From contig CAYRCD010000001.1 of assembly GCA_964422735.1 (NCBI GenBank), forward strand, positions 10,501 to 74,500: a stretch of DNA of 64,000 bases. Direction: 5' to 3'. The notes beneath the pieces are model-generated. The model had not been told where the DNA came from and searched no databases. It saw only the letters and a list, made by a program, of their open reading frames with translations. Of this stretch, positions 1-8,987 are shown piece by piece. The first letter of the stretch is position 1; each line of letters starts with the position of its first letter. Source of the DNA: an uncultured Dehalococcoidia bacterium. Lineage in GTDB: Bacteria > Chloroflexota > Dehalococcoidia > DSTF01 > WHTK01. Both the position numbers and the translations under genes were made by a program.

Positions 1-156
1 GCTGCCTGGTCGAGGGCTTGCTCCTCGCCGATTATGTCCAGCAAGGTCTCATCGGCGTAGATGAGGGCGGGGACGCGCATGCCGGGCTTATACGTAGCCG
101 GGATCTCCCAGCGACAATCGTCGATTTTTGTAAGGATGTCGCGCCAGCTGGTCATG
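1..156 (-). CDS. rtcB: RNA-splicing ligase RtcB, N-terminal 52 codons (runs off the window edge)
   Basis: Minus-strand ATG at 156. Translation is MTSWRDILTKIDDCRWEIPATYKPGMRVPALIYADETLLDIIGEEQALDQAA, which matches the conserved RtcB N-terminus (GMRVPxxIYAdexLL). It begins 5 nt after the archease stop. It is absent from the ORF track because it is truncated and under 60 aa. Confidence 0.8.
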
Positions 157-161
157 GCCTT

Positions 162-581
162 CTAAAGGTCAAAGAGAACGCGCGTCCGGTAGCCCCCGTC
201 TTCACTCGTAACCTCGAGCAGGTGGCGCGTGACCCCTTTTATCTGCCCGGAGACTTCGTGGCGCTCCTCGTCCATCCGTTCGCCGTGAGCGCGACCGCTG
301 AGTCTCCCTCCCGCTAGCTCGACCTCGAACCGCCTGAAGAGCAGGCTCTCCGTATCCGTAAGGAATAGCAGCTCGGTGAGCCAGGCGATCAGGAGGCGTT
401 CCAGGTCCTCCTCCTCCAACTCGATCCCGCGGACCTCGGTCTCCCGGACGGTATCAAGGGAGACGAGGAGCGAATACATGCCCCGCGCGGTCTGCTCGAA
501 CGCCTCGACGAGCGTCCGGCCATGGGCGACAATGCCGGCGTCGGCAGTGTGGTCAAGAACTTCGAAGCCGGGAGTGATCAA
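162..581 (-). CDS. archease (RtcB activator/chaperone)
   Basis: The last 139 aa of tracked ORF 162..929 read LITPGFEVLDHTADAGIVAHGRTLVEAFEQ...IKGVTRHLLEV...TRVLFDL, an archease signature. A TTG at 581 gives the normal length of about 140 aa. The upstream 116 aa of the tracked ORF are Arg/Ser-rich shadow sequence. Confidence 0.85.
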   Translation of the reverse strand: MITPGFEVLDHTADAGIVAHGRTLVEAFEQTARGMYSLLVSLDTVRETEVRGIELEEEDLERLLIAWLTELLFLTDTESLLFRRFEVELAGGRLSGRAHGERMDEERHEVSGQIKGVTRHLLEVTSEDGGYRTRVLFDL

Positions 582-618
582 TCGCGGCGACCGGGACTCA
601 GTTGTATGGTCCTCACAA

Positions 619-948
619 TCATCGGATTGTATCGAAACTGGGGACGATCGTCGGCGGTTCGAAGACGCCGTATTCCTGAAGCGCAGCAAGTAGCTTCTGG
701 TTCGAGGCAAAGTGAAACCCGACGAGGGCAACGGCGACGGTGAGGCTGTAGCGCGCTGCGAATCGGTCATGTTGGTTTGCCGCGGCCTTCTCGATCCGTT
801 CCCGTTCACTGGCGACCAGCTCCTGGACCAGAGACCCAGGCTCCGGACCGTTCTTGAGAGCCGCCGTGGCATCGTCCAGCCATGCCCAGAAGCTGCCGAT
901 CTCAGTTGCCCAATCGATTCCCTGAGCAATTGCTAAAGCGTGGGGCAT
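619..948 (-). CDS. hypothetical protein (109 aa), family not recognised
   Basis: ATG at 948 preceded by ggaggttgaa (strong SD). The composition looks coding. It lies on the same strand between rpoD and archease. Confidence 0.5.
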   Translation of the reverse strand: MPHALAIAQGIDWATEIGSFWAWLDDATAALKNGPEPGSLVQELVASERERIEKAAANQHDRFAARYSLTVAVALVGFHFASNQKLLAALQEYGVFEPPTIVPSFDTIR

Positions 949-981
949 TTCAACCTCCAGGTGTCGGAACTCCGTCCCGGT

Positions 982-2259
982 TCAATGCGGACCACCATTC
1001 ACCAGGTAGTCGCTGAGAGACCTGATTTCCGGCGATTCACGCAGTTGCGCGAGAGCGCGCGCCTCCAGCTGTCTCGCCCGTTCGCGGGTCAATCCGAAGC
1101 GGCGCCCCGCTTCTTCCAGCGTGCGCGGTGTGCCGTCGCGCAGACCGAAGCGCAGCGTGATTATTTCTCGTTCCCGCGGCGGCAGGACCTTGAGCGCTGT
1201 CGCAAGGTCGTCTTTGAGCAGGCTGGCCGTTGCTGTCTCGGAGGGCGACGCGACCACCTGCTCAATCACATCGCCGATGGTCTCTTCGCTCTCCGCGGTC
1301 AGCGGTCGCTCGAGCGAGATGGGCTCCCGCCTGAGCGCCTCCTGGAGCTGATTCAGAGCGTCGACGGAAACGCCCATCTGCTGGGCGATCTCTTCTGGTG
1401 TTGGTTCTCGCCCAAGGGCGATCAGGAGGGCGTCGAGAGCCTTCCGGTATTTGTAGGCGGTCTCCACGACGTGGACGGGCAGCCGGACGGTCCGCCCAAG
1501 GTCCGCCAGGGAACGGGTGATCGCCTGTCGTATCCACCAGGTCGCGTATGTACTGAACTTGAAGCCGCGGCGGTAGTCGAACTTCTCGACGCCCCGGATC
1601 AGCCCGGTGTTCCCTTCCTGAATGAGGTCGAGGAACGGCAAGCCGCGCCCCTGATACCTCTTGGCAACCGAGACGACGAGGCGCAGGTTTGCCCGCATGA
1701 GGTGGTCTTTGGCGTCACCAGCGCGTCGTTCTGCCCCCTTCAGCAGCTCGCCGAGACGGGCGATCGTCTCCTCATCAGCCGGCCCGGCGTCCAGGTCGGC
1801 GGCCGTCAGCAGCCTGCTGCCAACCGACAGCTCCCAGAGGTCGTCCATGATCTGCCTGCCGGACGGGCCGACGACATCGGCCAACGCCTCGCCAAGGGCG
1901 AGATCGATCTCTGCCTCGATCGATGCCTGCAAGGAAGGGTGGAAGAGGACGTCTGAATAGGCAGGCCCCGCTTCGGGCAGGACCGCCCGGATTCGGTCTA
2001 TGCCGTCGCGAAGACGGGCAAGGAGCAGGCGGGCGAGATTCTCGTAGGTCAGAGGCTCATGGGCCGCGACGAGCTCGCGCTGGAGGCGGGCAAGGAGGCG
2101 CCCTTCCTCGATCTGCTTGGCCAACTCGACCTCGCCCTTCGCCTTGAGAAGCGGCGTCGCGCCGATTTCGCGAAGGTACATCTTGACCGGCTCGGGGAGC
2201 TCGGCCTTTTGTCCCGACTGCAGCTCGCGGTCCTCTTCGAGTGTCATTGTTTCTGTCAT
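982..2259 (-). CDS. rpoD: RNA polymerase primary-like sigma-70 factor
   Basis: Region 2 ([43 protein letters not shown]), region 3 and region 4 ([24 protein letters not shown]) motifs are present. The start context is gaggagtaaATG. Confidence 0.95.
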   Translation of the reverse strand: MTETMTLEEDRELQSGQKAELPEPVKMYLREIGATPLLKAKGEVELAKQIEEGRLLARLQRELVAAHEPLTYENLARLLLARLRDGIDRIRAVLPEAGPAYSDVLFHPSLQASIEAEIDLALGEALADVVGPSGRQIMDDLWELSVGSRLLTAADLDAGPADEETIARLGELLKGAERRAGDAKDHLMRANLRLVVSVAKRYQGRGLPFLDLIQEGNTGLIRGVEKFDYRRGFKFSTYATWWIRQAITRSLADLGRTVRLPVHVVETAYKYRKALDALLIALGREPTPEEIAQQMGVSVDALNQLQEALRREPISLERPLTAESEETIGDVIEQVVASPSETATASLLKDDLATALKVLPPREREIITLRFGLRDGTPRTLEEAGRRFGLTRERARQLEARALAQLRESPEIRSLSDYLVNGGPH

Positions 2260-2478
2260 TTACTCCTCAGGCTACGCCTCCGGCCGGCGACCTTACAGGG
2301 GCCAAAGGATAGTATTCTCGCCCCTCTTTCGCCGCCTCCGCCGCCCCGCCGATGAGATACACATCGGTTCGGGTGCCAACGGGTTGGGACCGGGCCGAAT
2401 GCGCCTGCACGATGGCTGATCGGCTCTGGAAGATTGGCCGCTGCAGGGCCAAAGTGACAAGTGTTGGAGTATCCAGGA

Positions 2479-3798
2479 ATGCTCTTCAGAGACAGGACGG
2501 ATGCAGGACGGCGACTGGCCGAGTTGCTGGCAGGCCGTGCCCTGGATCGCCCCGTGGTCCTGGGCATTCCGCGCGGCGGCCTGCCGGTCGCGGTCGAAGT
2601 CGCGCGGGCGGTCCACGGTGACCTCGCCGCCATCGTTGCGAGGAAGCTCGGAGCCCCGGGCAATCCTGAGCTGGCCATCGGCGCCACGACCGCTAACGGC
2701 GTTTACTATCTCAACCAGGCCGCCGCGAAGGCTACGGGGGCGAGTGACGCCTACGTCGCGGCCGAACGCGAGCGGCAGTCCAAGGAAGCCGCCCGTCGGG
2801 AGGACTTGTTCGATGGCCACAGGCGTCCGCCTCTGGCGGGGCGGAATGTCATTGTCGTCGACGACGGTGTAGCAACGGGGGCAACGGCGATCGCCGCCGT
2901 GAGGTCCGCGAAGGCCGCCGGCGCCTCGCGCGTGATCTTAGCTTTGCCGGTGGGTCCACCGCAGACGCTCACCGAGCTGAGGAGCGAAGCCGACGAAGTC
3001 GTTTGCCTCCACGAGGACGAAGACTTTTGGGCGGTGGGCCAGTACTACCGCGACTTTCGCCCGGTGGAAGACCGCGAGGTTTTGGATATTCTGCGGTCGT
3101 TCGCTCCCGTCGCAGCAGACGATTCACGCGACTTTACCGTGACCCGGGGAGGCGTGCGCCTGGCCGGCCGGCTGTTGACGCCATCGGCTGAAGGACCATT
3201 CCCCGCCGTTGTCTTTGTGCACGGCCTCGGCAGCAGCAAGGACTCGCCGCGTAACGTCGTCGTTGCCCAGCATCTCGTCGGTGCCGGAATGGCAGCGATC
3301 TTGTTCGACCTCAGTGGCCATGGAGACTCCTCCATGGATAAGCGCTCTGGCGTCGGACCGTACGTCGACGATCTGGAGGCCGTTTTCGGCTGGGCTCGCC
3401 AGCAGCCGGAAATAGACTCAGCGCTCGTCGCGGTTGCCGGCTCCAGCCTCGGTGCCGTTGTCACTCTCGAGGCGGTCGTCGAGCACCGAATTCGGCCGCA
3501 CAGTCTCGTGCTTCGGGCTCCGCCCATAGCTCCGGAAGAGTTGGGCCGCCTCCAAGTGCCGGCACTGGTCATCGTCGGGTCAGCGGATCCACTGCTGGCC
3601 GACGTTCGCCTCGGCGCCAGAGGTCGCAAGGTTGCGACCCTGTCGATCGTCGAGGGCGCGGGCCACCTCTTCGAAGAGGCGGGAACTCTGGGGGAAGCCG
3701 TTCGGCTCACCGTGGAGTGGCTTAAAGGCCGCCTCCTGGAAAAGGCCGTCGCGACCCACAGCTCAACGTCGGTCCAGGAGTACCGCGGTCACGCATAG
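2479..3798 (+). CDS. fusion protein: phosphoribosyltransferase-like domain + alpha/beta (dienelactone-type) hydrolase domain
   Basis: The N-terminal half reads FRDRTDAGRRLA...VVLGIPRGGLPVAVEVA...VVDDGVATGATA (PRTase fold). The C-terminal half reads VVFVHGLGSSKDSPRN...VAGSSLGA...GAGHLF (Ser-His hydrolase). ATG 2479 lies 8 nt after ggag; the tracked start at 2461 is a GTG. Confidence 0.75.
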   Translation: MLFRDRTDAGRRLAELLAGRALDRPVVLGIPRGGLPVAVEVARAVHGDLAAIVARKLGAPGNPELAIGATTANGVYYLNQAAAKATGASDAYVAAERERQSKEAARREDLFDGHRRPPLAGRNVIVVDDGVATGATAIAAVRSAKAAGASRVILALPVGPPQTLTELRSEADEVVCLHEDEDFWAVGQYYRDFRPVEDREVLDILRSFAPVAADDSRDFTVTRGGVRLAGRLLTPSAEGPFPAVVFVHGLGSSKDSPRNVVVAQHLVGAGMAAILFDLSGHGDSSMDKRSGVGPYVDDLEAVFGWARQQPEIDSALVAVAGSSLGAVVTLEAVVEHRIRPHSLVLRAPPIAPEELGRLQVPALVIVGSADPLLADVRLGARGRKVATLSIVEGAGHLFEEAGTLGEAVRLTVEWLKGRLLEKAVATHSSTSVQEYRGHA

Positions 3799-3848
3799 TC
3801 CCCGGGGCGGCCTGGGTCATCTGCCTGAGAAGCTTGCTAAGGTCGACA

Positions 3849-4814
3849 ATGAACATGCACGAGCACGCACCCGGCGATATTGCCCTGCTGTCAGGTAGCG
3901 CGAATCTATCGCTCGGGCGGCTTATCGCCGATGAACTTGGGCTTTCGCTCTGCCCCGCCGAGGTCTCCCGATTCCCGGACAGCGAGCTCCATATTCAGAT
4001 AAAGGAGTCGGTCCGGGCCAAAGACGTCTACGTGGTCCAGGGCACGGGTCCGCCAGTCGATCCGAATCTGGTGGAGTTGATCTTCCTCGCCGATGCCTGC
4101 CGGCGGGCAGGCGCTTCGAGGGTCACGGCGGTCGTCCCTTATTTCGGCTATGCCCGCCAGGATCGGCGGGCCAGGGGGCGCGAGGCGCTTGCAGCCCGCG
4201 TGGTCTGTGATCTGCTGGCCGCGGTCCGCGTCGAGCGTATGATTGCCCTCGATCTTCACACCGCCGCAATCGAGGGCTTCGCATCGTTTCCGGTCGAGCA
4301 CCTCAGCGCCGTCCCTAATCTGGCGGAATTCTTGGCGGAGATCGTGGGGCCGGATGATGTCATCGTTGCCCCGGACCTGGGGGCCGTAAAGCTGGCCGAG
4401 CGCTATTCGAAGATTCTCGGGCTGCCCGTCGCCTTCGTGCACAAGACACGCTTGGGCCCTGAAGAGGTCAAGGCCACCGCCCTGGTGGGCGATGTGCGGG
4501 GCCGACGCCCCATCATTGTCGACGACATGATCACCACCGGCGCAACCGTCGAGGCGGCCGTGAGAGCGGTAACGCAGGCGGGGGCAAGGGCCGGGCCGAT
4601 CGTCGTCGCTTCCCACGGTCTATTCGTGGGCTCCTGCCGCCGGCGGTTGGCGGCCGCATCCGTCGGCCGGGTAGTCGCCTCTGATAGCCTGCCTGTCGAG
4701 GATGACCTCGGCATGGCCAGAGATGTCGTGAGTGTGGCGCGACTCTTTGCCGATGGTGTTCGGCGCCTTCATCGTGGCGAATCGATGGCCCGCCTGGTCG
4801 GGAGTGTTGATTAG
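3849..4814 (+). CDS. prs: ribose-phosphate pyrophosphokinase
   Basis: LLSGSANLSLGRLIADELG, FPDSELHIQIKESVR, VVPYFGYARQDRRA and IVDDMITTGATV are all present. The start could be ATG 3849 or 3855; the tracked TTG 3834 is less likely. Confidence 0.95.
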   Translation: MNMHEHAPGDIALLSGSANLSLGRLIADELGLSLCPAEVSRFPDSELHIQIKESVRAKDVYVVQGTGPPVDPNLVELIFLADACRRAGASRVTAVVPYFGYARQDRRARGREALAARVVCDLLAAVRVERMIALDLHTAAIEGFASFPVEHLSAVPNLAEFLAEIVGPDDVIVAPDLGAVKLAERYSKILGLPVAFVHKTRLGPEEVKATALVGDVRGRRPIIVDDMITTGATVEAAVRAVTQAGARAGPIVVASHGLFVGSCRRRLAAASVGRVVASDSLPVEDDLGMARDVVSVARLFADGVRRLHRGESMARLVGSVD

Positions 4815-4982
4815 TCGGTCAACGATCAGCGCCCGTGGCGCTCTTGCGGGCTTAACGTAAAGCAGACCTCAGGCCGGACGGCCTGACGATTGGGACGGGC
4901 TTCTTGCCACGGATGAGGCGGTCCGTAACGCTGCCGAGAGCCAAGCGAGTGACCTCTTGAACCCCATTCAAATACGCATGTT

Positions 4983-5009
4983 GCGCACTTGACTCCTAGT
5001 CAAGTGCGC
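4983..5009. terminator. perfect 11-bp inverted repeat (GCGCACTTGAC-tccta-GTCAAGTGCGC) between convergent prs and tRNA-Pro
   Basis: Read directly from the sequence. T-rich runs on both sides are only weak, so its function as a bidirectional terminator is an inference. Confidence 0.35.
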
Positions 5010-5064
5010 AGCCCTTTGACATACACCGGCGCCGAGTGAACGATCCGAAGCGTCCTAGCCTTTT

Positions 5065-5142
<78 letters not shown>

Positions 5143-5212
5143 CCCGAGGGACCGGTCCAGTCTATCAGAGGCGATCGACCGGTGCGAGGTTAGGCGCCCC
5201 GGACGCGCAGCG

Positions 5213-6304
5213 CTACGGCGTGAGCGACCCGTTTGACTCGAAGATGCGCCCGAGCGCGACGATCAGGATGCCGAGCACGGCGATCGCCACGAATTCGGCC
5301 ACAACCGGCGGCCGCAGGTCATCCGTCAGGTGGTGCTGGACGAGGCCCGAGCCCATGTAGAAAACCAGCAGGAGGAACACGGCCGCCAGATAGCTTTCGA
5401 GCGGCAGGAAGTACAGGCCCCAGCGCGCCTCCGCTACGACCAGGCCGATGACGCCGGCGTACACCAGAGCCCGCACGGGGTCGGCCTCGGCCTCGCGCAA
5501 CACCTCGACCGACAGCAGAAGCGTCACCAGCCCCACGGCGACCGCCGCCGGCACCAGCGAGACGTCGAAGGTATAGACCACGGCGAAGAACGCGAAGGCA
5601 GTCAGGTAGGTGCCCACATTGAGGATCAGGCGCGCCACCGGGTACAGCGGGTCTTGATCGTCCACGGAGACGTGCTCGGCGTAGATGATCCACGACATCA
5701 GCACCGCCGATACGAATATGCCGGGCACGGCCCAGTAGCCCTTTGCCACGTCCTCCAGGAACAGTCCGGACCCCAGCGTGAAGAGCGCCGGCAGGAACAG
5801 GAACGGCGCCGTCCCCGCGATGTCGCCCTCGAAGCCGCCCTGCTGGTGTGTGCGCAGGATGCCGTCGGCGCCGACCGTCACCAGGCCGGTCACCACCAGC
5901 AGGATCCAGGGCTTGGTCGGCTCGATCGCCAGGAAGAGCAACACGCCGACCACGTAGACCAGCACCAGGAGCGTGACCAGCGCCGGGCGCACGCCCAGGA
6001 CCAACTCCGGCGCCTCCGGGACCGCCGCGGCGGCGAAGTCGAGCTCCTCGGGGCCGTCCGTAGTGTATTCCGCCCCGTCGGGCTCCCCTGGCGCCGCCCC
6101 GACCTCCTCGTCCGGCGCGGCCGTCGCCAGGACCGAGTCCTGTGACGGCTGCGCACCCGGCGAGGGAACAGCCCCGGCGTCGAGAGTCTCTACTTCTTGC
6201 ACCTCTCCTGCCGCCGGCGGCGCGGCGTCCTCAGCGGAGGCGGTCAATTCCTCCACCGGAGCGTCCGCTGGGTCGTTTTGCCGGTTTTCTCGAGTTTCCG
6301 CCAA
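5213..6304 (-). CDS. polytopic membrane protein with acidic, Pro/Ala-rich N-terminal tail; family not recognised
   Basis: About 100 aa of low-complexity acidic N-terminus are followed by about 8 hydrophobic helices. The start is a TTG and is uncertain. Confidence 0.6.
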   Translation of the reverse strand: MAETRENRQNDPADAPVEELTASAEDAAPPAAGEVQEVETLDAGAVPSPGAQPSQDSVLATAAPDEEVGAAPGEPDGAEYTTDGPEELDFAAAAVPEAPELVLGVRPALVTLLVLVYVVGVLLFLAIEPTKPWILLVVTGLVTVGADGILRTHQQGGFEGDIAGTAPFLFLPALFTLGSGLFLEDVAKGYWAVPGIFVSAVLMSWIIYAEHVSVDDQDPLYPVARLILNVGTYLTAFAFFAVVYTFDVSLVPAAVAVGLVTLLLSVEVLREAEADPVRALVYAGVIGLVVAEARWGLYFLPLESYLAAVFLLLVFYMGSGLVQHHLTDDLRPPVVAEFVAIAVLGILIVALGRIFESNGSLTP

Positions 6305-6408
6305 ATTGGTTGTCCGTTGCCGGCAGGTCGCATCCCACCCGACGGCCTCAGCGACAACTTAGCATGCACTGTTCGACCGCGCTCGCGAGGCCGCGGCGAT
6401 TGTACATT

Positions 6409-6431
6409 AGCTATCAGCTATCAGCTATCAG
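6409..6431. repeat. tandem heptamer (CTATCAG) x3
   Basis: agCTATCAGCTATCAGCTATCAG read directly. It is intergenic. Confidence 0.7.
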
Positions 6432-6530
6432 TGGGTCAGGAAGCGAGAATCCTGAAGGCGCCGAATCACGGCGCACCCTCGCTGTCGAATTACGCTCGGT
6501 TCGGGATAGCCGACCGCTGACGACCGGGGG

Positions 6531-7658
6531 CTATTCCTCGGCCCAGACCGGCTTCTCCAGGCCGAACATCTCCGCGGCGTTGCGGTACCACAGGAGGTCC
6601 TTTTCCTCCTCTGTCAGCGCCAGCTCGTCGAACATGCGCACGAAGCGCTCCGTGTGCTCGTGGATCTCGTCCGCCGAGCAGTCTGAGCCGAAGATAAGCT
6701 TCTCGATCGGGATTTCCTTGCCGATGAGGCCGCGCTCCATCGTATGACGCTCGATCGTACGGCCGCCCGACAGGTCGAAGTACACCCAGCGCCGCCAGCG
6801 GGCGACCGAAGCCGCCTCGTCGTAGTTTCCCGTACCGCCCATGTGCGCGCCGATGATCTTCAAACGCGGGAAGCGGTTGGCGATCGTCTCCAGGTGAAAC
6901 GGCCGCATGTAGGTAGCCGACATCTCGCGTGGCCCCAGGCGCCGGAAAGCGGCGAACGGGTTCTCCGGCTGGCCCGCGGCCTTCGCATCCGCCTCGAGCT
7001 TCCGGCGCCGGTCATCCGCCCAGTTGGCGACGGAACCCCCTTCATTGTCACCCTGAGAGCCATTCTTGTTGTCATTCTGAGGCGAAGCCGAAGAATCTGT
7101 CCGTCCGCTTCCCGCCTCGCGCATCTGGCTCTCCATCTCTCGCATCCGCTTCGCCGATTCCGGGTCGCGCCGCGGATGGCGCGCCAGGAGGTCCATAGCG
7201 CCGCCGATCACGCCGCAGTGGAACAAGATCGGCATGTCCAGCTCCTCTGCCGCGCGGTAGACGGGGAAGTGGTCGCGATAGTCGTAGGGGTGGCGCGTGC
7301 CAATGATCTTCAGGCCGCGGTAGCCCATCTCGTGCAAGCGATGGATGTCGTCGAACGTCTGGTCGGCCGGGTCGACCACCGCGTGCGGCACGAACAGGTC
7401 CTCGTGCTTCATCGCCATGTCGATGCACTGCTCGTAGGTCAGGCCGAAGCGGCCGCCGCAGAGCAGGCTCGCCTTCACAGTCCCCACCTCGCGCAGCCGC
7501 TCGGCAAGGTGGTCGACCATCTCCTGCGGCGTCTTGCCCTCGCCCGCCGCGGGGTCACGCCCGGAGTCGCCCGCGGAGACCGGCGGCCGCGTGCCCGGCG
7601 GTCCGCCGGGCCCGGGGAAGTTGCGGGGGAAGTGCACGTGTACGTCCCATATCCTCAT
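6531..7658 (-). CDS. metal-dependent amidohydrolase (TIM-barrel, amidohydrolase-2-like) carrying an internal repeat-derived insertion
   Basis: N-terminus MRIWDVHVHFP; internal HCGV and IIGAHMGG; C-terminal LIFGSDC. An atypical Q/N/D/G-rich segment (SSASPQNDNKNGSQGDNEGG) is encoded by the repeat at 7041..7104. Confidence 0.85.
   Translation of the reverse strand: MRIWDVHVHFPRNFPGPGGPPGTRPPVSAGDSGRDPAAGEGKTPQEMVDHLAERLREVGTVKASLLCGGRFGLTYEQCIDMAMKHEDLFVPHAVVDPADQTFDDIHRLHEMGYRGLKIIGTRHPYDYRDHFPVYRAAEELDMPILFHCGVIGGAMDLLARHPRRDPESAKRMREMESQMREAGSGRTDSSASPQNDNKNGSQGDNEGGSVANWADDRRRKLEADAKAAGQPENPFAAFRRLGPREMSATYMRPFHLETIANRFPRLKIIGAHMGGTGNYDEAASVARWRRWVYFDLSGGRTIERHTMERGLIGKEIPIEKLIFGSDCSADEIHEHTERFVRMFDELALTEEEKDLLWYRNAAEMFGLEKPVWAEE
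7041..7104. repeat. copy of the GTCATTCTGAGGCGWAGCCGAAGAATCT element, in frame inside the amidohydrolase
   Basis: gtcattctgaggcgaagccgaagaatctgtccgt (7071..7104) is near-identical to 12747..12780 in mfd. A degenerate half-copy precedes it at 7041..7070. Confidence 0.75.
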
Positions 7659-7862
7659 GGTTGGTTCTCGCTCTCCGGGCGCTGTGATTTTTCCTGTGTC
7701 GCGATTGTAGGCGGGTGGCGAGGAGGAAGTCGAGCCAGGCGCCGACTGCCGGCCGCCGACCTCCGTAGACAGATGTCCCTCGAAGTGCTACCGTCGCCGT
7801 CATCCTCCGGGACGCCAGTGACGAGACCAGGACGATCAGAAGGCGACAAGTACGGCCACACC

Positions 7863-8891
7863 ATGACCCAGCCCATGAACTTTGGTACCTTCCACCTCTT
7901 TTCCCTGCCGGCCTGGACCAACGACCGCCAGATGGTGCACGACGAGCTCGATCAGATGTGCTGGCTCGAAGAGCTGGGCTATGACGAGGCCTGGATCGGC
8001 GAGCACAACGCCCGGGTTTACGGCGTCGTCGGCTCGCTGCAGGTGATCGCGGCGGCGATCGCCGCCCGCACGAAGCGAATTCGGATCGGCGCCGCGGTGA
8101 CACGCGTGCCACTTCACCACCCGCTCCATACGGCGGAGGACCTCGCCCTGATCGACGTGATTAGCGAAGGCAGATTCGACTGGGGCATCGGCAAGGGCTA
8201 TGACCGGCTCGAGTTCTCGACCTACGACGTCGAGTTCGAGGAGCGCGACGGGCGCTGGGAAGAGGCCCTCGACATCGTGCTCAAGGCCTGGCGCGACGGC
8301 CGCATCTGTCACGAGGGCAAGTTCTGGACGATTCCCGAAACCGAATTGTTCCCCAAGCCGGTCCAGAAGCCGCATCCGCCCGCGTATCTGATGGTCTCCC
8401 GCAGTGACGAATCGGTCGTTTTCGCGGCGAAGCGGCTTTTCCCGATCATCATGGGCCAGGGACCCGATTGGGACGACGCCCGCCACAAGATGGAGCTCTA
8501 CCGCGAGACCGCGCTCGTGGCCGGCCACGCCCCGGCGGCGGTCGAGGACGCCCTGAGCAAGGCCGGCCAGCTAAAGCAGATGCACGTCGCCAACTCGACG
8601 GAAAGAGCCGCCGAGGAGTACGAACGAGGGCTGATGTGGTACTTCGAGACCGCCCGCAACCGCCAGATGTTCGGCTTTCGCCGCGAGCCCCAGCCTTTTG
8701 AATACTACTTGCACCACCGCTCCGTGATGCTCGGCTCGGCCGCAAAGCTCAGCGACGAGATAGCCGAATACCGCGAGTACACCGGCGTCAACAACATCAT
8801 CGCCTGGTTCAACTGCGGCGGTCAGCCGCGCGATCAGGTGCGCCGGTCGATGGAGCTTTTCGCTGAGAAGGTGATGCCGCGGTTCAAATAA
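7863..8891 (+). CDS. luciferase-like (LLM-class) flavin/F420-dependent oxidoreductase
   Basis: MTQPMNFGTFHLFS...EELGYDEAWIGEHN...GRFDWGIGKGY...KPHPPAYL. Only the last 342 codons of tracked ORF 6744..8891 are genuine. The upstream part is antisense to the amidohydrolase. Confidence 0.9.
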   Translation: MTQPMNFGTFHLFSLPAWTNDRQMVHDELDQMCWLEELGYDEAWIGEHNARVYGVVGSLQVIAAAIAARTKRIRIGAAVTRVPLHHPLHTAEDLALIDVISEGRFDWGIGKGYDRLEFSTYDVEFEERDGRWEEALDIVLKAWRDGRICHEGKFWTIPETELFPKPVQKPHPPAYLMVSRSDESVVFAAKRLFPIIMGQGPDWDDARHKMELYRETALVAGHAPAAVEDALSKAGQLKQMHVANSTERAAEEYERGLMWYFETARNRQMFGFRREPQPFEYYLHHRSVMLGSAAKLSDEIAEYREYTGVNNIIAWFNCGGQPRDQVRRSMELFAEKVMPRFK

Positions 8892-8987
8892 GGCCTCGGG
8901 CCTTGACACCGAGTGTTAGGATCATCCTCTGGCCGCCCGCCCGACCGGCGGGTTCGTCCGCCCCCGCGGTCGATCAGGGGGATCGTG

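Noticed and set aside
162-929. 255-aa version of the archease ORF
   Set aside because: Only the last 139 aa match archease. The extension is Arg/Ser-rich, overlaps the better-supported 619..948 ORF in another frame, and a TTG at 581 gives the canonical length.
4815-4950. Cluster of short hairpins after prs (AGCGCC-cgt-GGCGCT at about 4838; TCAGGCC-ggac-GGCCTGA at about 4870) considered as a small RNA gene
   Set aside because: There are no promoter or terminator signatures or recognisable ncRNA motifs. The hairpins are short and typical of GC-rich intergenic DNA.
6744-7862. First 373 codons of the 715-aa tracked ORF 6744..8891
   Set aside because: They are antisense to the well-supported amidohydrolase (6531..7658) and have an Arg/Ala/Pro-rich composition. 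The LLM oxidoreductase homology begins only at ATG 7863.
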